Of a stretch of 61,963 nucleotides of DNA, positions 45,889 to 53,842 are shown one piece after another (within the stretch, counting starts at the first letter, position 1; the number at the start of each line of letters is the position of its first letter). The notes under the pieces were generated by a model. That model did not search any database. It saw nothing but the letters and a program-made list of their open reading frames with translations, and had not been told where the DNA came from. Location: positions 1 to 61,963 of the forward strand of contig JAFGJL010000077.1 of NCBI GenBank assembly GCA_016929115.1. The letters are read 5' to 3'. The position numbers were made by a program, and so were the translations under genes. Origin of the DNA: Candidatus Omnitrophota bacterium. Its GTDB lineage: Bacteria > Omnitrophota > Gorgyraeia > 2-01-FULL-45-10.

Positions 45889-48800
45889 TTAATTTGAAGT
45901 CAGGCTTTGTGTCTGTGGCGGGTTCGCCAGTTGAGTAGAATACGTGAAATTGCCCGTATTGGAATTAGTTTGCGATAGCTGGCTCTCGATGCTCATTCGT
46001 GCGAGGGTTTCTGGGTCAAGATTATCCTGGCGCTTCCACTCATCTTTGGGAAGATCTATTAGATAAATTTGTTCATCGTATGGGTTACCACCGTTTCGAC
46101 ATTGCCACAGAGCTGCTCCATCGCTCATTTGAGGCGGCATGGGAGAATTTGTAAAGGGATAATCTAAGCCAAAACTATGAACTGAATATCCATCATAATA
46201 ATACCCCTGTGCCCCTCCACTTCCCATGCCATACCACACAAATTTACCATCATCTAAGCAAGGAGTTCTATCATAGAACCAATCCTCATAATCGTTATTT
46301 GTGATTTGACGTGTAACTGATCCATCATACAAAAATATTTCGTCGTCATTACCGTCATTTTCATTCCAAATAATTTGGCCGTCATCAAGAGCAAGTGAGA
46401 CATATTCTCTGGGGGGCAGGCCGCTGGATAGTTCCCTACTCACGCTTGCAATTTTTTTAATGTCTTGGCCATCATAAAAGATTAAATCAATCTTTTCTTG
46501 GTCTATAAAATATCGCCCAAAAGGATGGTCTGACGGATCGGGTCTTTTATAAGTTGCGCTCCATGCTATTTGGCCGTTGCTTATTTGTGGAAACACATCA
46601 TCATAATCATTATTCGTTAATTGTCTAACGTCAGTTCCATCATACCAATATATCTCTTTGTCATACCCATCAAAACCTTCCCAGACAACATTACCTAGTT
46701 CATCAACATCCACTTGGAACACATACTTACATAGCCCATTGGTCAAATTTTTTACTTGATTTCCATCATAAAGAAAAATATCGCCGTTTCTATCAAATGC
46801 TCTGTCATATGTGCATACTCTGTTCGAGGACCAAGAGAGATATTTACCGGCACTCACAAGATATTCTTTATAATAGTCATCGTTCGTTATTTGAGTAGCG
46901 CTCATGCCATCGTAGACATAAATTTGGCTATTTTTATAACCGCTGAATTGCTGCCAGGGATTCGGCCCCCAAATCGTCCCATATTCGTAATATCGCCATG
47001 CCACATATTGGCTACTTTCACCAAATAATATAGGATCAGATGCGAATTGAACTCCTCCGTAAACACCACCATCGGAGAAATAGCCATTGTCGCATAACTG
47101 GTCAATGTTGGTTCCATCATAAAAGTAGATATTTGTCGGTGTGGTAATGCCGTATCGAGCGGCGTCTTCGTTTTCATGTTGCCACCAAACTACTTTGCCA
47201 TTTGCCAAATATGGACTATGAACATTTGACGCTATATACTGCGGCGTCCCGATAACCCCCTTTTCAAACGTCCACACCGTCCCATCATCCAGCATCTTTT
47301 TGATAAGCATGCCATCATCATCATATTCCTCGTAAATTGAATCACCAATCTCAACGCTACTCTTAATCTTCCACTTATAATGGATTGTGTTCCCATTTTC
47401 CCAATACTCGATTGCAGACTGAACCTTTCCATCGGCCCCGTAAAAACGTTCCTTATGCTTCGTGGAACCGTCGCCACGATATTCGTATTCATGATGAGAG
47501 CCATCTGTGTAACGCTTTTCTACAATATGCCCCTTACTGTCATAGGTAATGATGTTTCCGTCTTGCCCATACACGACTCGTTTTATCATAATTTTCGATG
47601 CAACATAATACCGCTCTTCCATCTTGGAGTTTGAGCTGCCCCAATATGATATAGTCATGTAATCACCATTTCCCAAAATCCTTTTAATCAGCTTACCCTC
47701 ACTATCGTATTCGCAAATGCCACCGTCAGCAAGGACTTTGGTATACAAATTATATGAAGCGTTATTTAAATATGGGCTTGAACTAGAAAGCTTTGTCCAG
47801 CTTCCATTGGAGTATTTGTAAAGGCCGTATGCGGCGCCGTAGTCGACAATGAGATTGCTTCCCGAGAGCGTAATCGATTCCGGATTTGCTGTGCTTAGTT
47901 TGGTCCATTTGCCGCTGGCGTATTTCCATAAGCCAAGGGAGCCGAAGTCAGCTATTAGATCGGTTCCGCTTATGGTTATGAACTCAGAATTCGATGAGCT
48001 CAGCTTTTTCCATGTTCCTGAGGAGTATTTGTATAAGCCTAAAGAACCAAAATCGACGAAGAGGTCGCTATTTAAGGCTACAAGTGATTCGGGGTTCGAA
48101 GAGGCGATCTTAGTCCACTTGCCTAAGGAATACTTGTAGAGGCCTAAAGAACCGAAATCAACTATAAGGTCATTGCCCGAAAGTGTTAGTGAGTCGGGGC
48201 TTGCGGAGCTTAGTTTCGTCCATTTGCCCGAAGAGTATTTGTAAAGGCCGGTGGAGCCAAAGTCTACTATAAGGTCACTGCCATAGACTAACATTGATTC
48301 CGGATTTGCAGTGCTAAGCCTATTCCATGCCCCTGCGGAGTATTTATATAGACCCAAAGATCCAAAATCTACGAAGATGTCACTGCCTAATGCTATTAGT
48401 GAGTCCGGGCTTGCGCTGCTAAGTTTTGCAAAGGTGTTTCCGGCATATTTATATAGCCCGAGGGAGCCATAGTCAATAAAGAGAGTATCACCTAATGCGA
48501 CCATCGATTTGGGGTTTGCGCTGCCAAGCTTTTTCCATGCGCCTGCGGAATACTTGTAGAGACCCAAAGAGCCGAAGTCCACATATAGGTCAGAGCCCAA
48601 AGCTACCATCGATTCTGGACTTGAGCTGCTAAGCTTTTTCCATGCGCCTGAGGAATATTTATAAAGGCCCAAAGTGCCGAAGTCGATGAATAGGTCACTT
48701 CCCACTGCCACGATCCTCTGCCCCTCTTCTGCCCTCATCTCATAATTATACGTCACTAAGAGGTTGGTAAAATCGGAGTTCTGGTAACACAGTTTCTTGC

Positions 48801-51426
48801 TGACTTTATCCGTGCCGGTGAAGTATTCGTATATATAGGCTATAGCGCCATCGCCATCAGGAGATGCGAGGATTTGCTTGTATGCCCTGGCATATCCCTG
48901 GCCATTGTAATTTTCATCAAGGTATTCGTAATATATGCATCCGTCTGTATCCGGAGTAGCTAGGGTCTTGGATTTTACCCTGTTATCATTATTAAGGTAA
49001 TGGGTGAATACTATGCTGCCGTCACCTGTGGTCTTCTTCTCCAGGAGGCCGTTACCATTATATTCAAAGGTAGCTACAAGGTTTGATAATATGGGATTGG
49101 ATGGGTCTGTGCTGTAATCCGCAGTTCCGTAGCAGTATTTTATGCGCACGACTTTTGAGTTTTCGTGGTAAGCGTATTGGTATGCGATGCTTCCATCTGA
49201 AGCAACTACCTCTTTAACCTCTTTATCCGGCCTTCCGTGGCCCTGGCCACCCCAATCCTCATCAAGGAAATGGCGGTAAATGTTGCCGTTAACATCTGGC
49301 TTGATAGAGATTATGTATTTCTTTCTCCTCGACTCGTAGTAGGTGGAATCTAGAACAACTGCATACGATAAGTCATCGATACTGAAACTGTCATAAGCCG
49401 ACGGCTGAATAACCATCCTGGAAATGTTGCTTCCACCGATATTTATGAAACGCAGCACTCTATCATAGTACCAATCCCAAGGTGTACCATCAGGGGCTAA
49501 TGCGCCATCCATAGGATATGTTTGCACAAAGGTTCCGAGAAGATTACCATAGCTATCATATGTAGTTACTGTGGTATCGTGAAAAGTCCCTGTCAGCCAA
49601 AAACTAACCTGTTCAACTGGAGTATCAAAAAGCAGCGAGAAGCTCGTTTTCTGCATCGGAACCCATGGCTGGTCTCCCCAAACAGATAGCTTATTTGGGC
49701 CCGAGTAAGCATTCCCAAAGCCATCCGTCAATTGCTTAGTTACCTGCAGATGCCCTCCGGTATATGTACTTATAGTCACATCTCCAAAATGTGTGATATC
49801 TCCATAATCTCCCAATGCTAAATCATCAAAATTTATTAAGGTAGCCGGGAGTATCTTTTTTACAAGCGCTCCTTGTATATCATATTCATACGTAGCAACT
49901 AAATCCGAAAATGCCGGGTTTGACGGATCAGTATTGTAATCTGCGGTCCTATAGCAGTATTTTATGCGGGCAACATTACTGTTTTCGTGATAGAAATATT
50001 GATACGCAATGGCACCATCCGGATCGGCCACTTGCTTCACTTCTTTGTCAACCCTCCCCCGATTCTCATTATTCCAATCCTCATCAAGAAAATGGCTGTA
50101 GATGTTGCCGTTGGTATTGGGTTGTATGGTAATAATGTATTTCTTTCTATTTGATTCGTAATAGGTGGGATCGGGCTCAGTATCGCCTATATCTATGGAA
50201 AAGATCGTGCCCCATCCGTATTCCCCTCCCCACTGGGTAGTGCCATAGAGCTTTCCTTCAGGGCCCATAAATAAGCTAGCGAAGGGGCTATCTCCGTCAA
50301 TGCCATTGAATGTATACAATGTTCTAAAATCACTTCCATCTGAATTTATGGAAAAAATTGTACCATAATCGTTATATCCGGTTTCTTGTAGGTCTGGACC
50401 GCCAATGCCCTCACCACTGGTCGTACCATAAAGCTTACCTTGGGAGTCCATAATTAAACCGCCGAAGGGGCTATTCCCTTCGGTCACATCGAATGTGTGC
50501 AACGTTCTATAGTTGCTTCCGTCTGAATTCATAGAAAAAATCGTACCACACTTGTCATCTCCCCCGGCCCAGGCCGTACCGTAAAGAACGCCTTGAGAAT
50601 CCATTATTAAGGTGGCGTGGGCGCTTTGGCCCTCACCCTCATTAAATGAGTGTAACGTCCTATAGTTACTTCCGTCTGAATCTATAGAATAAATAGCACC
50701 CCAACCGTAGGCTCCTCCGGAAGCGGTTGTACCATAAAGCGTACCTCGCGAGTCCATTATTAAGGTAGTGAGGGGTGAAGATGTTACGCCATTGTTGAAT
50801 GAGTATAATGTTGTAAAATTACTCCCGTCAGAATCTATGGAAAAGACTGTGCCATAACCGTAATCTCCTCCTCCTGGTGTCGTACCATAAAATTTACCCT
50901 GGAGGTCTCTTACTAAACCGCCGAAGGGTGGAACTCCCGGAATAGTAAATGAGTGTATTATGCTGTAATCATTTCCATCTAAGTCCATGGAAAATATTGT
51001 ACCGCCATTGTAAGCTCCCCCCCATTGGCTCGTACCATAAAGCGTGCCAAGTGGGTCCACGATTACGCTTGAGAAACAAGGATGATGCCCCATGGTCTCA
51101 TCAAATGAAAGTATTGTCGTAAAATTACTTCCGTCTGAATCAAAGGAAAAAAACGTGCCCCATCCGTAAGCTCCTCCATGACCGGTTATTCCATAAAAAT
51201 TACCTTGATAGTCCATAAATAAACTGCTGCTGGGGTAATATCCGTCTGTCTTATTAAAACTATGTATTAAAGTATATTGATACTCGGCATAAGATGGGGC
51301 CGAGACCATTACCATCATCGAAACCATCACAACTCCAGTAGCTATAGTTGATAGTTTTCTAAGTATCGTCCCCACCCCTCGCAGATTTTGGAGTTCCGTT
51401 ATAGTACTACGATAGTCTGATTTCAT
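45889..51426 (-). CDS. 1,845-aa secreted multi-repeat protein (GloVer-like repeats, duplicated modules, 9x35-aa array, YD-like repeats, C-terminal propeller-like repeats)
   Basis: Single long ORF with a GAGGAG SD. Hydrophobic signal-like segment ending APSYA. See the findings for domain detail. Visibly lower G+C than the flanks. Confidence 0.9.
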   Translation of the reverse strand: MKSDYRSTITELQNLRGVGTILRKLSTIATGVVMVSMMVMVSAPSYAEYQYTLIHSFNKTDGYYPSSSLFMDYQGNFYGITGHGGAYGWGTFFSFDSDGSNFTTILSFDETMGHHPCFSSVIVDPLGTLYGTSQWGGAYNGGTIFSMDLDGNDYSIIHSFTIPGVPPFGGLVRDLQGKFYGTTPGGGDYGYGTVFSIDSDGSNFTTLYSFNNGVTSSPLTTLIMDSRGTLYGTTASGGAYGWGAIYSIDSDGSNYRTLHSFNEGEGQSAHATLIMDSQGVLYGTAWAGGDDKCGTIFSMNSDGSNYRTLHTFDVTEGNSPFGGLIMDSQGKLYGTTSGEGIGGPDLQETGYNDYGTIFSINSDGSDFRTLYTFNGIDGDSPFASLFMGPEGKLYGTTQWGGEYGWGTIFSIDIGDTEPDPTYYESNRKKYIITIQPNTNGNIYSHFLDEDWNNENRGRVDKEVKQVADPDGAIAYQYFYHENSNVARIKYCYRTADYNTDPSNPAFSDLVATYEYDIQGALVKKILPATLINFDDLALGDYGDITHFGDVTISTYTGGHLQVTKQLTDGFGNAYSGPNKLSVWGDQPWVPMQKTSFSLLFDTPVEQVSFWLTGTFHDTTVTTYDSYGNLLGTFVQTYPMDGALAPDGTPWDWYYDRVLRFINIGGSNISRMVIQPSAYDSFSIDDLSYAVVLDSTYYESRRKKYIISIKPDVNGNIYRHFLDEDWGGQGHGRPDKEVKEVVASDGSIAYQYAYHENSKVVRIKYCYGTADYSTDPSNPILSNLVATFEYNGNGLLEKKTTGDGSIVFTHYLNNDNRVKSKTLATPDTDGCIYYEYLDENYNGQGYARAYKQILASPDGDGAIAYIYEYFTGTDKVSKKLCYQNSDFTNLLVTYNYEMRAEEGQRIVAVGSDLFIDFGTLGLYKYSSGAWKKLSSSSPESMVALGSDLYVDFGSLGLYKYSAGAWKKLGSANPKSMVALGDTLFIDYGSLGLYKYAGNTFAKLSSASPDSLIALGSDIFVDFGSLGLYKYSAGAWNRLSTANPESMLVYGSDLIVDFGSTGLYKYSSGKWTKLSSASPDSLTLSGNDLIVDFGSLGLYKYSLGKWTKIASSNPESLVALNSDLFVDFGSLGLYKYSSGTWKKLSSSNSEFITISGTDLIADFGSLGLWKYASGKWTKLSTANPESITLSGSNLIVDYGAAYGLYKYSNGSWTKLSSSSPYLNNASYNLYTKVLADGGICEYDSEGKLIKRILGNGDYMTISYWGSSNSKMEERYYVASKIMIKRVVYGQDGNIITYDSKGHIVEKRYTDGSHHEYEYRGDGSTKHKERFYGADGKVQSAIEYWENGNTIHYKWKIKSSVEIGDSIYEEYDDDGMLIKKMLDDGTVWTFEKGVIGTPQYIASNVHSPYLANGKVVWWQHENEDAARYGITTPTNIYFYDGTNIDQLCDNGYFSDGGVYGGVQFASDPILFGESSQYVAWRYYEYGTIWGPNPWQQFSGYKNSQIYVYDGMSATQITNDDYYKEYLVSAGKYLSWSSNRVCTYDRAFDRNGDIFLYDGNQVKNLTNGLCKYVFQVDVDELGNVVWEGFDGYDKEIYWYDGTDVRQLTNNDYDDVFPQISNGQIAWSATYKRPDPSDHPFGRYFIDQEKIDLIFYDGQDIKKIASVSRELSSGLPPREYVSLALDDGQIIWNENDGNDDEIFLYDGSVTRQITNNDYEDWFYDRTPCLDDGKFVWYGMGSGGAQGYYYDGYSVHSFGLDYPFTNSPMPPQMSDGAALWQCRNGGNPYDEQIYLIDLPKDEWKRQDNLDPETLARMSIESQLSQTNSNTGNFTYSTQLANPPQTQSLTSN
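47767..48711 (-). repeat. nine tandem 105-bp (35-aa) coding repeats
   Basis: Consensus approximately (V/T)(A/L).G(S/N)DL.VDFGSLGLYKYS.G.W.KLSS.(S/N)PES(M/L), aa 906..1220. Confidence 0.9.
50191..51276 (-). repeat. seven tandem ~50-aa GloVer-like coding repeats
   Basis: Recurring ...(L/F)YGTT..GG.YG.GT(I/V)FS(I/M)(D/N)SDGSN(F/Y).(T/I)L(H/Y)SF..., aa 51..412. Confidence 0.75.
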
Positions 51427-51645
51427 TTTTAGTCTCCTCGTTCAGCAGTTTTTAATTTCTAAATAAAAACTAATACCAAAGCCAAATAGATCTTTTTGTC
51501 TTTCCCTTGAAATATTTGATTTGTAGATGGTAAGTTCTTTTCTAAAACAGTGTTATTGGTAGTGAAAAATAGTATTGCAAACTACACTGCGGTTCCTACG
51601 GCTGCAGAGAAATGAGATGATGACTGCAGAATAGAATATGGATTA

Positions 51646-51673
51646 AGTATAGCACGCTTTTTTGTTAAGTCAA
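51646..51673 (-). promoter_or_regulatory. sigma70-type promoter TTGACT-16-TATACT for the giant gene (about 210-nt leader)
   Basis: Read on the minus strand, at 51668..51673 and 51646..51651. Confidence 0.45.
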
Positions 51674-51774
51674 TAGAAAGAGAGCTGTCTTTTTTTTGAC
51701 TAACCGGCTATACTTTATTAGATCACGCGTCAGTTCGCTTGTTGGTAGTGACCGGTTTATTTAGATGCGCCAGA

Positions 51775-51816
51775 TAGATTGCTTCGCCCGTTCGGGGCTC
51801 GCAATGACGGTGGGGG
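51775..51816 (+). repeat. short repeat (AGATTGCTT...CGCAATGACGG core), copy 2, upstream of the giant gene
   Basis: tagattgcttcgcccgttcggggctcgcaatgacggtgggggt. It is in inverted orientation relative to copy 1. Confidence 0.7.
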
Positions 51817-51820
51817 TGGT

Positions 51821-52110
51821 CTTTTAAAGATGTTGCGAGCGGCTTGTTGCATTTTTTCGGCATAGCGCTATTTCGTGCGGTGCGCAAGGATTTACGGCGA
51901 GCGAATGCAAAAACTGACCTCATTAGCTATCGACCGGCTGGGAATTTTTGCCTGACTGCCGTCAGGCAGGCGAATGAGCGAGCCGTTCCCGCCCTCGGTA
52001 AGACCCTGGCGGGATCCCGCCATGAGTTGCTTAAAGTCGGGTGTAGGCGGGAAAACCGTAGCGCACGGCGAAAAAATGCCAAGCCGCGAGCAACTCTTTA
52101 AAAGAGATTG
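51821..52110 (+). mobile_element. MITE-like element, copy A (long imperfect terminal inverted repeats, no ORF)
   Basis: The ends cttttaaagatgttgcgagcggcttgttgcattttttcgg and gcgaaaaaatgccaagccgcgagcaactctttaaaag are inverted repeats. The body is near-identical to copy B. Confidence 0.75.
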
Positions 52111-52113
52111 CTT

Positions 52114-52851
52114 TTAAGCGGACTTGCTGATGAGGTAGAGGCCCTTCAGGGTGAGGTCTTCGTCGATGGTGTGGACCGATGAGGTGTATTTGCGGATGAG
52201 CCGGCAGCTGCCGCCGGTCAGGACGACCTTAAGGTCCCTGCCCAGGAGCTTCCTGTAACGCGCTATGAGGCCGTCACAGGTCACGCCGAGGCTGAAAAGG
52301 ATGCCTCCGCGGATGCTCGAGACGGTATCCTTACCTATAATAGAGCGGGCCGCCTTCAGTTGCACCTTAGGTAACAGCGCTGTCTTTTCATGGAGACCGG
52401 ACAGCGCCATCGCAATGCCTGGCAGGATGAGCCCGCCAAGGTACGCGCCTTTTTTCGATACAATATCGAACGTCACGGCTGTCCCAAGGTCTATGATGAC
52501 GCAGGGTGTGCCGAACAGCTTCTTCGCTGCATAAGCGTTTACCAGTCGATCCTGGCCGACCTGCCGCTTTATGCGATAGAGGTTCTGAATGGGGACCGGC
52601 ACATTGCTTCCAAGTACCAGGACCTGCCGGCACTTCAATACGGCAAGCGCTTTCCTGATCTTCGCTAGCGCCTTCGGCGCAACGCTTGAGATGACGACCT
52701 TCGCGCCTTTGCCGGCAAAACCCTTTAACCGCTTCCCATAAAGATTGTATTCACGCGTCGCTATCTTCGCCCTCTTCACGAGCCGCGGGCCCTTGAACAA
52801 CCCGAGAGTTATATTGGTATTACCTATATCTATCGCTAATAGATGTTTCAT
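52114..52851 (-). CDS. coaX: type III pantothenate kinase
   Basis: LLAIDIGNTNITLGLF and the ASKHA-fold pattern. Lies downstream of birA. Confidence 0.9.
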   Translation of the reverse strand: MKHLLAIDIGNTNITLGLFKGPRLVKRAKIATREYNLYGKRLKGFAGKGAKVVISSVAPKALAKIRKALAVLKCRQVLVLGSNVPVPIQNLYRIKRQVGQDRLVNAYAAKKLFGTPCVIIDLGTAVTFDIVSKKGAYLGGLILPGIAMALSGLHEKTALLPKVQLKAARSIIGKDTVSSIRGGILFSLGVTCDGLIARYRKLLGRDLKVVLTGGSCRLIRKYTSSVHTIDEDLTLKGLYLISKSA

Positions 52852-52861
52852 TTATCTTATC

Positions 52862-53842
52862 TCATCTTACCATAACAATATCGCCTGACGACACTTTTTC
52901 CAATACGCCGGAATCGAGCCGCACGACAAGAGAGCCGTCAGGGTCTACGGTATGCGCCTGGCCCTCGAACGTCCTGCCGGGCAGCATCACTTTTATCCGG
53001 GAGCCGAGCATGGCGGTAAGGCCCTTCCATGCGTCGACGATCGGCTCAAATCCTTCTTCCCGCAATATCCTGTAATACTTCTCGAAGGCTTCGAGTATAT
53101 TCTTTACCAGCTCAACGCGCGATAGATGGCTCTCCGCCCTTCCCGCGCGCGACAATTCCTCGATTATAGAGGTCGCGCCCTTGGGAAGCGCCGATACGGG
53201 CGTATTGACGTTGACGCCGATGCCGACGATGACGAAGTCCACGGAGTCCTGCTCCGCCTTCATCTCCGTAAGTATGCCGCAAACCTTGCGGCCGTCAGAC
53301 ATGATGTCGTTCGGCCATTTGATCACGACGTCGAGGCCGCTCATCCGCCTGATGGCGCTCGCGACAGCGACCGCCGCCAGCAGCGTCACCTTCGATATTT
53401 CATTAGGCGCCATCCGCGGCCTCAATACGCACGACATGTAGACGCCGCCCTTCGAGGGGGACGACCACTGCCTGCCGTGCCGGCCCTTGCCCTTCGACTG
53501 CTCCTCGGCGAGGATCACGGCGCCTTCCCTGACGCCCTTTTCAGCGAGGCCGTAAGCGACGTCGTTCGTTGAATCTACCTTCTTATACGAGATGACCTCC
53601 CTCCCGAATGTCTTAGCCTTGAGGTCCCACCGTACCTCGCCGGGGATAAGCGTATCCGGTATGCGAAGCAGCCTGTAGCCCACATGCGGGCTCGCCTCTA
53701 TCTCATACCCTTCCTCACGCAGCTTCTCGATGCGCTTCCAGATAGCGGCCCGCGATACTCCGGCCTGCTTGCAAAGTTCTTCTCCGGAAACGTAGCTATC
53801 CGGATTCGTCTTCAGTACTTCGAGTATCTTTTCGTCAAGCAT
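52862..53842 (-). CDS. birA: bifunctional biotin--[acetyl-CoA-carboxylase] ligase / repressor BirA
   Basis: N-terminal HTH ([32 protein letters not shown]) and catalytic GKGRHGRQW. Confidence 0.9.
   Translation of the reverse strand: MLDEKILEVLKTNPDSYVSGEELCKQAGVSRAAIWKRIEKLREEGYEIEASPHVGYRLLRIPDTLIPGEVRWDLKAKTFGREVISYKKVDSTNDVAYGLAEKGVREGAVILAEEQSKGKGRHGRQWSSPSKGGVYMSCVLRPRMAPNEISKVTLLAAVAVASAIRRMSGLDVVIKWPNDIMSDGRKVCGILTEMKAEQDSVDFVIVGIGVNVNTPVSALPKGATSIIEELSRAGRAESHLSRVELVKNILEAFEKYYRILREEGFEPIVDAWKGLTAMLGSRIKVMLPGRTFEGQAHTVDPDGSLVVRLDSGVLEKVSSGDIVMVR

Noticed and set aside
51723-52101. ORFs 51723..51923 (-) and 51844..52101 (+), plus 56725..56940 (-), which share the peptide RKDLRRANAKTDLISY.
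   Set aside because: The shared peptide is simply the translation of the MITE-like and short repeats in one frame. The frames are not conserved between copies, and there are no start signals.
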